In this document: piece after piece, positions 30,730 through 40,574 of the stretch
Layout of the letters: each line of letters opens with the position of its first letter
Position numbering within the stretch: the first letter of the stretch is position 1
DNA from: a virus
Strand: one strand, 5' to 3'
DNA: 64,000 bases
Virus record (IMG/VR): IMGVR_UViG_3300010401_000033
Span: 70,940-134,939 of that record
Translations under genes and position numbers: made by a program
The notes under the pieces: model-generated
What the model was told of the DNA's origin: nothing
Databases searched by the model: none
What the model saw: the letters and a program-made list of their open reading frames with translations, nothing else

Positions 30730-31509
30730 TTAAATGATGGGCTTACTCAAGATGTTCATGAGCCCACCGGGGTTCCTGTTGGAAATCTGATCCAAGACAA
30801 AGTGAGCACAGGGATTGGAGTTTAGGGCTTCCAGCGTCAACGCGACTGCCGCAGACTGCAATTGATTCACGCAGTTCTGGAGAAATTGACTATCCTTGCT
30901 GGCAATCCCTTTGATAAGGTTTGAGACTTGGACCATCGTGTTCGCAATATCCGCAATCGTGGCAGCCCCGCGTTCCATCTTGGCGAGGACTCCCTCAACG
31001 GAGCCTGTGAAACTATTAAAAGCATCCTGAGAGAAGAGTCCGGTGCATCCACCAATCACAGGCAAACACCCCTTTCCGGCTTCCAAGAGTGTCATCATAT
31101 TCTGCATCTGTGTGCCGATTGACATGATCTGTTGGAGTCCAGGCGCCTGAATCCCCTGGCTCTTGAGGAGCCCAGAGAGACGGTCTGTGTGCATCATGAA
31201 ATTACCCATTGACGTGCGAACGTCCTGCAAGGGATCGGTGGAGAGATATTGTGACGCATCGGCTTGAGTGATTGATTCATCAGTTAAATCCCCACTTGAA
31301 ATACTCTTGAGTCTCGTTTCCACACGACCAATACTGTCACCGAGGACGTTGACGGAGTTAATCATTGGGTTCGCAAACAAACTCCCTGGGTCTGTGGTAA
31401 TCTTATCTACCAAAGATTTTGAGATATCAGAGATACCTGTGGGTGATGATGGTAGCGTAGGTATCGGAAGGGTAGACGATATGTGTGAGAAGTCCAAATC
31501 AAACGCCAT
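30730..31509 (-). CDS. hypothetical helical protein between PAAR and gp25
   Basis: Start reassigned to MAFDLDF at 31509 (AAGGAG SD); no recognised family. Confidence 0.6.
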   Translation of the reverse strand: MAFDLDFSHISSTLPIPTLPSSPTGISDISKSLVDKITTDPGSLFANPMINSVNVLGDSIGRVETRLKSISSGDLTDESITQADASQYLSTDPLQDVRTSMGNFMMHTDRLSGLLKSQGIQAPGLQQIMSIGTQMQNMMTLLEAGKGCLPVIGGCTGLFSQDAFNSFTGSVEGVLAKMERGAATIADIANTMVQVSNLIKGIASKDSQFLQNCVNQLQSAAVALTLEALNSNPCAHFVLDQISNRNPGGLMNILSKPII

Positions 31510-31517
31510 AATACTCC

Positions 31518-31820
31518 TTATCCTGCAAAGACTGTTGCCGACCCCATCAAGGCAACGGAACCACAATCAATAGGGTCCGTGACGCGCATGAGGGGTGCGC
31601 CATTGACCAACACAGTTGGCGATCCTCCAACTCCTGTACCAGGATGCACATTGATAAGATTGGTGTGGGGGGCCCAAAGGTCGCCGACACGTACCACAGG
31701 AATCCCTTCGCAGAATACATCAGGCGATCCCCCGACCGCTGGGCGAGGGGTGAAATACGTGGGTCCTGCTGGATGCCCACTACACAAATCAATGCCAATT
31801 CTGACAACAGGCAGTCCCAT
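31518..31820 (-). CDS. PAAR spike-tip protein (gp5.4-like)
   Basis: D.CSGH, GSPDVF, GSPTVLVNG.P..RV.D...CG; follows gp5. Confidence 0.9.
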   Translation of the reverse strand: MGLPVVRIGIDLCSGHPAGPTYFTPRPAVGGSPDVFCEGIPVVRVGDLWAPHTNLINVHPGTGVGGSPTVLVNGAPLMRVTDPIDCGSVALMGSATVFAG

Positions 31821-31827
31821 GTGATCC

Positions 31828-32787
31828 TTAGTTCAACGTGATAGGTATACCCTTGAGTGCTACGCCTGCTGGCCCCGTATGTGACTGAGAGGTGCCTGCA
31901 AGTGTGGTAATCCCGGCACCCGCAGTGACCTTATATTCAAGCCCCGCTTCTATGGTGATGTTTTTGGCTGAGAAAATGTTGATGTCATCCAATGAGGTGA
32001 TATTCAGTTTCCCCTTCACAAGGATGTTCTTGTCCGAGAGAACAATCTCATAGGCATCGTTATTGATTCGGGTGACCATCGTTCCATCTGGGTGCATTTC
32101 CTGAAATGTCCCTGAACGATGGTAGATATGCACACGTTCGGCACCTGGAGTATCATCAAATTCAAGGACATGTCCAGACTCCGTTTCCATCACACGATTA
32201 TACGGATAGACGGTTGCGTACGGCGTCTTGGGTTCCGTCCATGATCCTCCGCCCGCAGTCACCGCAGTAGAGACAGAGGATTTCTTTGATTCTATAATCG
32301 TCTCGCTAATCTTTTCGTTTCGTGCGAGTCGTGAGAAGGTCGGTTCATTCAAGATTGCTGGATAACGAGTTGGCACACCGTCAACAATTTTTACTCCACC
32401 TGGAACAGGCGAAAGGGATGAAGGCTTTCGTGGTGCAGATGATAGTTCTCCATCGGTGCGCGGGTCACTGAATCCCTCCGAGGGTGCGGCTTTGACCTTT
32501 GGAATACCAGGAAGAATACCCATCACCACGGGCACCTGTTCTTCTTCACCGTCCAGATAGAACCCCATCACATAGTCACCTTCTTTGATTTGAAGGGATG
32601 CACTACTGCTGAGAGGGATCAAGCACTGGGCCCATGGGAGATTTTCAGTTGGCACATGTGATTTATTTTCTGAATGTGACCCGACGATACGGACGCGGCA
32701 TCGCCCGACCTTCAATGGGTCTTGACGATCCTCCACCACACCAATCCACCACAAAAAATTTGCACCAAGGTTGTTTTCCATCGCCAT
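31828..32787 (-). CDS. gp5: baseplate hub/spike gp5, no lysozyme domain
   Basis: WWIGVVEDRQDPLKVGRCRVRI.G.H, LPWA, YPYN.V.ETESGH..EFDDTPG.ER.H.YHRSG. Confidence 0.93.
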   Translation of the reverse strand: MAMENNLGANFLWWIGVVEDRQDPLKVGRCRVRIVGSHSENKSHVPTENLPWAQCLIPLSSSASLQIKEGDYVMGFYLDGEEEQVPVVMGILPGIPKVKAAPSEGFSDPRTDGELSSAPRKPSSLSPVPGGVKIVDGVPTRYPAILNEPTFSRLARNEKISETIIESKKSSVSTAVTAGGGSWTEPKTPYATVYPYNRVMETESGHVLEFDDTPGAERVHIYHRSGTFQEMHPDGTMVTRINNDAYEIVLSDKNILVKGKLNITSLDDINIFSAKNITIEAGLEYKVTAGAGITTLAGTSQSHTGPAGVALKGIPITLN

Positions 32788-34100
32788 TAGGATTGCCTCA
32801 ACTTATTCATCGTGGGGTTACCCTCAAGAGGACCAGGGAGGGGGTTATCCAACGAATCCTTTGAGAGTTCAACGATACAGGAGTATTTTACACGGTCGAT
32901 CTTGTGACGAATCGCTGTAATGAGGTAATTGCCAGAATACAAACGATCCATTGGTTTCTCTTCTCTACGACCGATTGACGCTGCGGGAAGGTTGAGTGTA
33001 ATCACCTGACCCACGCGCATGTTCATGTTTCCTGGAAGAGATACCTGCACCTGGAAGGCATGAAGTGCAGCAAGATACGCATTGCGCTGGAGCATCCAGG
33101 TTTCCACTTTGTTATTATCCACCGCAACACGATAATACGCATCATGTTGTTCGGATTGAAGCAAATTCAAACGATTCTTTGGGTCAAGCAGGAACGTATT
33201 TCTATTAGGGTGATTCGTCGTATTAAAGAAGTCCACACCAGCCAACACAGATTCTTTCACCTGTTGGTCGAGAATGTTCACCCGCATGAGTTTGCTAGCG
33301 AACTGTCCAGTGTTAATTCCGTTCAAGGTATCCGGGGTCTGAGTGAGTTCAATATCCTCGGCTGATTGCAAACGAATTTCTGTATCTGAGTTATCTTCCT
33401 TTTCCCCAGTTTGTCCCGCCATATTCATCGGGGCAAAGTTAATCACCTGGATAGGCTCCTGGGTGACCATTGACTCAATGGAATTGAAGTGAAACCCGCG
33501 ACTATCCTCAAAGAACACAAACGAACAACCTGGGAAGTTGGCAGTTCGTGCCATACGTGCCAGCCAATTGATCGTAAAGAATGGGTCCCAAAACGGAACC
33601 ACCACATCAAAGTTGCCGGTGGTTTCAATCAGTTCGGACGCCGGAAACTTCTTTGGATCAATTTTCATGAAGTTCAGCGTGATATCTTTAATCATCGCAG
33701 ATATCTTCATTTGCTTGTAGGACGTGGAAATCTTGATTGACTGATTCAGGATCACTTCTTCGGAACAGAAATGCAGGACGTAATCTTCTGCACCCGGGGT
33801 GTTCTTTCGGCGGTCTGAAATCTTATAAATGCGGAAGGTCTTTTGAATTCTCCATGTGGTAGAAGGTTTCACTAATGTCAGCACCAGATATTCGTTACCT
33901 GTGATGGGTAGCAGGTTGATTAAGTCCTGCGTGTCATTCATGAACACACTACCCGTCATAGCGTTGCTAAACAAATCCTCATAGATGTTCACTTCGCGCA
34001 TAATTTCACGAATGTCTACTGTACCCCCGCTTGCACTAACGATAGTGAGGGAGTCCAGTTGAAATTGCGCTGCGTATTGAAGTCCATCAGATTGTGGCAT
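32787..34100 (-). CDS. baseplate hub protein (gp27-like)
   Basis: IYEDLF...MTG, LPITGNE, FFED..GFHF, SG.YLITAIRH; lies between gp53 and gp5. Confidence 0.75.
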   Translation of the reverse strand: MPQSDGLQYAAQFQLDSLTIVSASGGTVDIREIMREVNIYEDLFSNAMTGSVFMNDTQDLINLLPITGNEYLVLTLVKPSTTWRIQKTFRIYKISDRRKNTPGAEDYVLHFCSEEVILNQSIKISTSYKQMKISAMIKDITLNFMKIDPKKFPASELIETTGNFDVVVPFWDPFFTINWLARMARTANFPGCSFVFFEDSRGFHFNSIESMVTQEPIQVINFAPMNMAGQTGEKEDNSDTEIRLQSAEDIELTQTPDTLNGINTGQFASKLMRVNILDQQVKESVLAGVDFFNTTNHPNRNTFLLDPKNRLNLLQSEQHDAYYRVAVDNNKVETWMLQRNAYLAALHAFQVQVSLPGNMNMRVGQVITLNLPAASIGRREEKPMDRLYSGNYLITAIRHKIDRVKYSCIVELSKDSLDNPLPGPLEGNPTMNKLRQS

Positions 34101-34714
34101 TATGACGATAGGCTCTCAAGTTCAGTGACGATTTGTGGGAGGAAGTTTGGCTGCAAGAGTTGAATGCTACGCTTGGATTCGTTGAGGTCAATCTCATAGG
34201 TGTAATTATCCACCGTTGCCCGCGTGGTAGTAAGGGTCACAGTCGCGCCACTGGAGAACGTTGTCACCACAGGAGTTGGGGCACTGAGTGAGTCGTACTT
34301 GGTTACATCAATTATGTAGGTTGCGGTACTGGAGTTTCCGAGTGAATCTACCTTTGTTTCTGTCATGGTGTAGTGATGGATCGACCCTGCGGCACTAGCC
34401 ACGGACCCGTACTTGTTGACAATGAATCGCACCAGATTGGCATAACTCTTGGGCCAGTCCAGAAGAGGATCGGTGATGTTATTCAGGAGCGTGACGACCC
34501 AATGATATTTCGTTGATCCATAGACACGGTCCGCGATCATCTCAGGGGTTTCCCCATCCGCAATCAAGTAGGTATAGAATACCTGCTTATTCTTGAGGAG
34601 GTCAGTAATAGGAGCCGTGCGACGGAACACGTCCGTCACCCATTGAATGTCAGTGTTGGCCCCGGTTAACGAGTAGCCAAAATATGGAAAGTTATCAAAA
34701 TAGGCGGATGGCAT
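34100..34714 (-). CDS. gp53: baseplate wedge gp53
   Basis: YF..FP, DGETPEMIADRVYG...YHWVV...NNI.DP..DWP, YE..LNE.KR.I. Confidence 0.9.
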   Translation of the reverse strand: MPSAYFDNFPYFGYSLTGANTDIQWVTDVFRRTAPITDLLKNKQVFYTYLIADGETPEMIADRVYGSTKYHWVVTLLNNITDPLLDWPKSYANLVRFIVNKYGSVASAAGSIHHYTMTETKVDSLGNSSTATYIIDVTKYDSLSAPTPVVTTFSSGATVTLTTTRATVDNYTYEIDLNESKRSIQLLQPNFLPQIVTELESLSS

Positions 34715-35790
34715 TAGAATCCCTCGTTTATCAATTCTTTGGTGATGAATTCAAGTTCCTTGAATTGCAAGGTCATGCGGGTGTAGACCGGACGATCATT
34801 GGAATAGAACGCTGCGCCAGAGGACGCATAATCCAAGGTGATATTCTGGAGGACACATGTTGAGATGCGACCAATCGTGCTGACAGAGAATTCAATATCA
34901 AACTCGGATGGGGGCACAAAGTAACGACCAATGCCAATGCCACCACTCAACATTTCTGGTGCCGCATGGAACTTGAATTGCTTGACGATCTCTGCCACAT
35001 CCTCGGCTTCACCTTCTGAACGTGGAGCAAACAGGAAGTCAAACATAAATTCTCGCAACGATGGACTTTCATAAATCACATCCACCTGTGGGTTCAAGGC
35101 GACACCAATCGCAGAGAGGGCACCATTCACACCTAATTCAGGCACGGCTTGTCCCACGATTTCTGCTAATGGTCCAGATGCCGAACGCATGGCCGGCGAA
35201 TCAAGGCTTGCAAGCAATCCCATGATTGATCCATCCTGGTGGCTCTTGGTCATAGAATCGTGCAATGCAGGAATAGACGCAATGGCAGACGCAATTCCCA
35301 CACCAGGCAATCCAGAGAGGTTTACGTCCCTGAATGAGTTAGCAAAACTCCAACTGAGAGTATCAGGCATATAGAGGCGGATGGCAAGTGCCGTGCGGTG
35401 TGTTTTGCGTCCAAACCCAATCTTTGTATCCTTGATATTTTTTGCAAGCGTACGGCTCTTTCGTGCATTGATATCCACGGTGGAGAGAGGCGCTGGACCC
35501 TTGGAGGCTTCCTTCTTGAAATGGGACAAATCCTGTTGGTTGATATAGAACGTGATATAATATGGTTTGCGTTGTCCCTCAGCAAGGTCGGATGGGTATT
35601 GTAACACTTTATAGTCGTAATTGGTCTGTAAGGCTTTCTGCTCGTCCGCCCAACTCTTTGTCTCGGGTTGGGTGAGTTTATTCAAGGCACCTTCGGCCGC
35701 CTTTGAAAAGTTCTGCACGGTCGGATTCGTGAGGATGTTGGTTACCCCATCACTCAATGCTTGTCCTGGATTGAAGTCTAGCAGCCCCAT
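34714..35790 (-). CDS. gp48: baseplate tail tube cap gp48
   Basis: LQYP.DL, I.LYMP, NP....YE.P.LREF.F.F.FAPRS..EA, F.ELE.IT; start reassigned to 35790. Confidence 0.85.
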   Translation of the reverse strand: MGLLDFNPGQALSDGVTNILTNPTVQNFSKAAEGALNKLTQPETKSWADEQKALQTNYDYKVLQYPSDLAEGQRKPYYITFYINQQDLSHFKKEASKGPAPLSTVDINARKSRTLAKNIKDTKIGFGRKTHRTALAIRLYMPDTLSWSFANSFRDVNLSGLPGVGIASAIASIPALHDSMTKSHQDGSIMGLLASLDSPAMRSASGPLAEIVGQAVPELGVNGALSAIGVALNPQVDVIYESPSLREFMFDFLFAPRSEGEAEDVAEIVKQFKFHAAPEMLSGGIGIGRYFVPPSEFDIEFSVSTIGRISTCVLQNITLDYASSGAAFYSNDRPVYTRMTLQFKELEFITKELINEGF

Positions 35791-36437
35791 TAGTATTTCT
35801 CCTTCGAGTCTTTCCAAACTTGTTCTTTACGAATCTGCGCTACTCGCGCCTTATGGGCTTCCATCGCATCGTTGCGCTGCATCTTCTTCTGCTCTGCCAC
35901 AAAACTCTGCACAGGTAGCGCCGCGGCAATATCCCATTCTGTAGGAGGAATTTCAATGAAACGTGAACGAATATGACCCTTCAAGTATCGTTTAATGCAC
36001 GGTGTCGCACGATACGCAGTGTGCATCGCTTTGAGAATTGGATACGTGAGGCGCAATCGTGTTCGTTCGTCTCGCAATGACCCGGTGAGGGCTTGACTGA
36101 GTTGTTGCAAGAGAATCAAACGATCCTTGGGGTAAATATAATGCAAGTTTAGCCCAAGGAATCCATCATTGTGCGGCATAATAGGAATCACCATCGGGAA
36201 ACGATCCCAATATGGAAGCACCTCTTTCGTCTTAGCGTTATACATGAAAAAGTACATGCGCCCGAGCATAACTCTGTTTCGTTGTTGCTCCTGGTCACGG
36301 ATAATTTCCATACGATCTCGGTAGGTTGGACTGAGCCTTGCCATCTTTTGGAGTAGCCAGGACCGGCCGAACGCTGACGAGGTATCAACCTGTTTCGTGT
36401 CTGCTTGTTCTTTTATTCTCTGGATGATTGTAGGCAT
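35790..36437 (-). CDS. gp2: DNA end protector gp2
   Basis: GRMYFF.Y.AK.K..LPYWDRFP, GFLGLNLHY, PCIKRYL. Confidence 0.9.
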   Translation of the reverse strand: MPTIIQRIKEQADTKQVDTSSAFGRSWLLQKMARLSPTYRDRMEIIRDQEQQRNRVMLGRMYFFMYNAKTKEVLPYWDRFPMVIPIMPHNDGFLGLNLHYIYPKDRLILLQQLSQALTGSLRDERTRLRLTYPILKAMHTAYRATPCIKRYLKGHIRSRFIEIPPTEWDIAAALPVQSFVAEQKKMQRNDAMEAHKARVAQIRKEQVWKDSKEKY

Positions 36438-36442
36438 GTGTC

Positions 36443-36450
36443 TATTTATG
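36443..36450 (-). promoter_or_regulatory. late promoter CATAAATA
   Basis: Just upstream of the gp2 ATG. Confidence 0.65.
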
Positions 36451-36458
36451 CTGTCTTT

Positions 36459-36899
36459 CTAACAGAATGGATGATCCTTTTCTGTCACGATCTGGAACTC
36501 CCAGCCCTGGTCCTTACAAAACTTCTCAGCGGCCTCCCACTTCGCACGGTTCACCGCATAGGTTGCCACTTCGGTGAGATAGCGTTGGGTCTTTTTGGCA
36601 GGTACCCTGAGTTGCGTCTCCGCGTAGGGTTTAACCTCAATGAGGTAAGTGGTCACCTTTCCCTGCTTATCCTTGACTTTGATTGTGAAGTCTGGAAAAT
36701 AACGATGAATTTCTCCATCTACTGGAGAACAATAGGGAATCGCAAGTCCCTCTGAATTCCAGAGTATAACGGATTCTGTGGTGTCAAACTTAATCATGAG
36801 TTGTCGCTCCCACCCTGAGCGATAAACAATCTCCCCTGCATTGCCAGCATATTTCTTTGGATTGGTGGGAGTAAACCAGCCTTGGTGATATTTTCTCAT
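36459..36899 (-). CDS. gp4: head completion nuclease gp4
   Basis: P.NPKKY.G, YRS.WE, W.SE, IHRYFPDF, LIEVKP, N.AKW.AA. Confidence 0.93.
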   Translation of the reverse strand: MRKYHQGWFTPTNPKKYAGNAGEIVYRSGWERQLMIKFDTTESVILWNSEGLAIPYCSPVDGEIHRYFPDFTIKVKDKQGKVTTYLIEVKPYAETQLRVPAKKTQRYLTEVATYAVNRAKWEAAEKFCKDQGWEFQIVTEKDHPFC

Positions 36900-36915
36900 A
36901 GGTTCCTCAAGGTGA

Positions 36916-36923
36916 CATAAATA
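36916..36923 (+). promoter_or_regulatory. late promoter CATAAATA
   Basis: Upstream of the plus-strand gp54-26-51-29 operon. Confidence 0.7.
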
Positions 36924-36959
36924 AGCATCGTCTACTATTTATCGCGTGAAAGGAACCGT

Positions 36960-37622
36960 ATGTCAGGGGTATACACTGAATTTTTCGCACATCTGAATAA
37001 ACTTGGGGTGGCAAAAACCTCCCATTTCAGGTTCTCACTCCCTGTGGGTATCAAAGGAACTCGGTTTTCCGACATAGTGGGAAATGATAAGATTTTTGGA
37101 CTCCGTTGCGAAGCCACAGAACTCCCAGGGCGTCAATTGGTGTCAAACGACTCACGCACCTATGGTCCAACCTACAAGACACCGTACCAGTCACTCTATC
37201 AAGAATTCACCGTGAATTTCCTTGAAACCTCAGATTTTTTTGTGCGTGGATTTTTTGAAACCTGGATGAATCAGATTTTCAATTCAAGCACCAATCTCTT
37301 AGAGTACCCGGACAATTATCGTTTTGACACCACATTGACACAGTACGATGTCATGCTTAAGGATGAAAAAGACCCCGCGTCATCTCTCAGACAGGTTGCC
37401 GTCTGGACATTATTTAATACCTGGCCCACGGCCGTGAACCAGATGCCCGTGTCCTGGACAGAGGATGGATTGCATCGTACAACGGTCACCCTGGCATTTG
37501 AATGGTACTCGCTGTCAACCGCTGTAGAACCCTTACCGAAGGGCGCAGCACAGACCAAATCCGCAACAGTTCCACCAAAAGGTAGCAGTGGAGGATTTTT
37601 CGGTTCCCTTAATCCCTTTTAA
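36960..37622 (+). CDS. tail tube initiator (gp54/gp19-fold)
   Basis: CEATELPGR, FFE.WM..I, L.N.WPT.V....SW; lies before gp26. Confidence 0.75.
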   Translation: MSGVYTEFFAHLNKLGVAKTSHFRFSLPVGIKGTRFSDIVGNDKIFGLRCEATELPGRQLVSNDSRTYGPTYKTPYQSLYQEFTVNFLETSDFFVRGFFETWMNQIFNSSTNLLEYPDNYRFDTTLTQYDVMLKDEKDPASSLRQVAVWTLFNTWPTAVNQMPVSWTEDGLHRTTVTLAFEWYSLSTAVEPLPKGAAQTKSATVPPKGSSGGFFGSLNPF

Positions 37623-37633
37623 CAATGGAGTGA

Positions 37634-38383
37634 ATGATTATGTCTTTGCCTAAACTGGATGTCCCGTATTATGAAGTGGTGTGCCCATCAGGTCTGAAAG
37701 TGTCGTTTCGCCCGTTCCTGGTGAGAGAAGAGAAGTTACTCATGATTGCTTTGCAGTCCAATGAGTCTACTACAATTCTCCAAGCCGCCAAACAAATCCT
37801 TGAGAATTGTGTGGGGAAAGTCTCAAACATTGACATTGATAAATTGCCCTTATTTGATGTGGAATTTTTGTTCCTCAACCTTCGCGCCCGAAGCATTGGT
37901 GAAGAACTTGCTCTCAAGTATAAGTGCAATCAGCAAGTGTTGGACGCAAACACAGGAAACACAGTGGTCTGTAATGCGGTGTCAGAATACCCAGTTGACC
38001 TTCTGAGCATTAAGCCAACCTTCGCCGAGGGACACAACAAATACATACAACTCACGGATGAAGTCGGTGTGACATTACGTTACCCAACATTTAAGTCCTT
38101 CCGAAGCATCGCTCGAAAGGATTTGCCTGCTGAGGATGCTTTTGCGTTTTTGGTAGAATGTATTGAGTCAATCAACAACTCACAAGAGATAGTCATGACG
38201 AAGGATGTGCCAGCATCGGAGGTTGCCGAGTTCGTTGATGACCTTAGCAAAAAGCAAGTAGATAAAATGGATGCCTTCTTTGACACAATGCCAAAGATTG
38301 AAAAGGTGATTCAATTCAAATGTCCAAAGTGTAGGTATGAAGAGGAAATCAAGGTCAAGGGGCTAGACAATTTTTTCGTCTAA
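37634..38383 (+). CDS. gp26: baseplate hub assembly protein gp26
   Basis: LPK...P.Y, FRPFLVREEKLL, FDVEFLFL.LRARSIGE, C-terminal CPKC...GL.NFF. Confidence 0.9.
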   Translation: MIMSLPKLDVPYYEVVCPSGLKVSFRPFLVREEKLLMIALQSNESTTILQAAKQILENCVGKVSNIDIDKLPLFDVEFLFLNLRARSIGEELALKYKCNQQVLDANTGNTVVCNAVSEYPVDLLSIKPTFAEGHNKYIQLTDEVGVTLRYPTFKSFRSIARKDLPAEDAFAFLVECIESINNSQEIVMTKDVPASEVAEFVDDLSKKQVDKMDAFFDTMPKIEKVIQFKCPKCRYEEEIKVKGLDNFFV

Positions 38384-38577
38384 TCCTGTCCCATGATAAT
38401 TTGGCGAACTTCTACACCACACAGTTCGCTTTGGTTCAGGATCACAAATTCCCGCTCTCAGAACTGGAGAACTTGCTCCCCTGGGAACGTTTGATCTATT
38501 TGAGCCTAGTGACCCAGCGAGTTGAAAAAGAGAACGCACGAATCAAAGAACTCAACGCACAAAGGAATAAGCGATAA
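38371..38577 (+). CDS. gp51: gp51-like hub assembly chaperone in the -1 frame of gp26, with no ATG
   Basis: FRLILSHDNLANFYTTQFALVQDHKFPLSELENLLPWERLIY...KR*; frame is open from 38341 with no ATG; begins at T TTT TTC. Confidence 0.8.
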   Translation, partial: FFRLILSHDNLANFYTTQFALVQDHKFPLSELENLLPWERLIYLSLVTQRVEKENARIKELNAQRNKR

Positions 38578-40442
38578 TGGCTGAGGACAATATCCCTGAT
38601 ACACTGAAAGATTTGACCGACCAATTCAAGGAAATGCACGAAAGCCTTGACAAGTTGGCAGAGAGTCAAAAGCCTGTGGTGGAAGAGGCGAAGGTTCAAC
38701 TCGCCCGTACCCGCCGACCTGCTCATGCACCGACCCAGGCACCAAAGGTGGAATTTGGAAAAGAGACGCGCAAAGATATTCTCGCGGCTCTCAAGGGGAT
38801 TCGTCAACAGATCGTTGTCTCTCAGCGCAAGGAAAACACCGCAGCCGACGTGGCAGCCGAGCACCTGGCTGCTGGTGGGGGACTCGCAGGAGCCGCAGGT
38901 GAAGCCATCGCGTTCAAAGCGGGGAAGTTCAAAGCCGCATTCAAGCGTAAGTTTGACCCACTCAACATTGTCAATCGTATCAGCGGTGGATCAAAACTTG
39001 CGACTGCGCTTGCTGGCAGACTCATGGGTCGTTCAGAAAAATCTATTCGCGCTGCCTCTGGATTGGGTGGTGGACTTCCTGGAATGGAAATGCAGGATCA
39101 GTATAATCCATCTCCGTACACCCAACAGGACAATGCACCTTCTGCCGTCTCCTCTGAAAAAGCCACAGGGTTGTTGGAACAGATTTCCTCCACCATGTCT
39201 GCTATGTTAGACCAAATGACGGAATTGAATGCCTCCATTTCCAAGATAGAAGATTACTCAAAGGAAACCACTAAGTTTGCGGAGGATCAAGTCAAGAGTA
39301 CCGACCAATTAAAGGATGCAGAGGCAGCCGAACGGGTAAAGAAACAACAACCATCGCAAGTCCGTACTGCCATCGCTCCAACCACGAAAAAAGAAGAAGC
39401 GGGTGGTGGGCTCTTTGGTTCCTTCATGAAGGAACTATTTACACCACAGGGTCTTGCCATTGCCGCCGCGGTTACAGGTATTGTGGCAGCAATCTATTCG
39501 GTGGTGAAAAATTGGGAGGCACTCAAGGATGCAGTAGCGGATATCTACGAGTCCATCAAGTCTGGATTTATGGCAGTGAAGGATTGGATCGCCAATAAAA
39601 TCACTGGGGCTCTTGACTCGGCACTTGACACGGTGGATAGTGTCGTTGATAGTATCAAGGATATTGGTAACTCCATCAATCCATTTGCGGAGAAGGTCAC
39701 CCCTGAACAGCGAGCCAAGGAGAAACACACTAGACGAGTCCAGGCGGCCGCCGCGGGCTCGGGTCATGCTCAACGCGCATTGGAAAAGGAAGTTCGTTCA
39801 TCAGAAGATTCCAGTGAGGTACTCAAGAAACTTGCCCCAAACTACATCAGCAAAATTCCAAATGAGAACAGGGACGCATCGGTCGCCTCACTACGCAGTG
39901 GAGAATTAGTTGATTCTGCGATGAAGTCTCTGAAAGGTGAGGAACCGCCGAAGGGAACACCAGCACAAGTCTCAACTACGAATGCACTCACACAGATGGT
40001 GGGGAAAGCCTACGGAGAACTCTATAAGGATGCTCAGGGTAATGCTCTACGCCCATCACAGGACAAAAATGTTGAGGCACGGCTACCTTCACTCATGCAA
40101 TCTGCGTCACAGGCGCTGGCGGAAGCGACGACTCCACAGGGTTCCCCTGCTCGGACCTCTTCGGTAATTGGTGCACCAATGATGGCACCAGTACCCTCCG
40201 CCCCAATGATGCTACCTCCACCTCCCCCTCAGACTGGCCAACTCCTGAACCAGTCGGCGGAGAATCAGAGGAATGCCGCCGCCAGCGGAGCGGGAACAAA
40301 TAATGTGGTCGCCCCAGTCATCAATCAAAATAAAACGGTAAACAACACGTCACAAACCACCATCCATCAGAATATGCCCCCTGCCCGTAGCGGGGAATCC
40401 AGTTTTCTACGCTCTCAGGATGGTAGTTTCGCCCGTGCCTAA
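38577..40442 (+). CDS. probable tape measure / hub protein (gp29-like), 621 aa
   Basis: Ala-rich and helical; follows gp26/gp51; C-terminal N-rich NNVVAP...NN tail; size similar to T4 gp29. Confidence 0.6.
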   Translation: MAEDNIPDTLKDLTDQFKEMHESLDKLAESQKPVVEEAKVQLARTRRPAHAPTQAPKVEFGKETRKDILAALKGIRQQIVVSQRKENTAADVAAEHLAAGGGLAGAAGEAIAFKAGKFKAAFKRKFDPLNIVNRISGGSKLATALAGRLMGRSEKSIRAASGLGGGLPGMEMQDQYNPSPYTQQDNAPSAVSSEKATGLLEQISSTMSAMLDQMTELNASISKIEDYSKETTKFAEDQVKSTDQLKDAEAAERVKKQQPSQVRTAIAPTTKKEEAGGGLFGSFMKELFTPQGLAIAAAVTGIVAAIYSVVKNWEALKDAVADIYESIKSGFMAVKDWIANKITGALDSALDTVDSVVDSIKDIGNSINPFAEKVTPEQRAKEKHTRRVQAAAAGSGHAQRALEKEVRSSEDSSEVLKKLAPNYISKIPNENRDASVASLRSGELVDSAMKSLKGEEPPKGTPAQVSTTNALTQMVGKAYGELYKDAQGNALRPSQDKNVEARLPSLMQSASQALAEATTPQGSPARTSSVIGAPMMAPVPSAPMMLPPPPPQTGQLLNQSAENQRNAAASGAGTNNVVAPVINQNKTVNNTSQTTIHQNMPPARSGESSFLRSQDGSFARA

Positions 40443-40502
40443 CCTCTGACCCATCCTTCTCCCAACGACCCCTCTGAGACCCTTTTTGCCCCTCCAGAAG
40501 GT

Positions 40503-40541
40503 AAAAAAAGAGCCATGAAGTCCCGAAAGACCTCATGGCTC
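40503..40541 (-). terminator. intrinsic terminator after gp32
   Basis: GAGCCATGA/TCATGGCTC stem followed by T7 on the minus strand. Confidence 0.8.
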
Positions 40542-40574
40542 CAATTCCCCTCTCGTAAAGGTATGTACTGCTAC

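Noticed and set aside
5144-36755. Many plus-strand ORFs over the structural module
   Set aside because: Antisense shadows of biased or repetitive minus-strand genes; no recognisable motifs
38393-38494. ATG at 38393 as the gp51 start
   Set aside because: It is in the gp26 frame and gives an unrelated short peptide, not the gp51-like sequence
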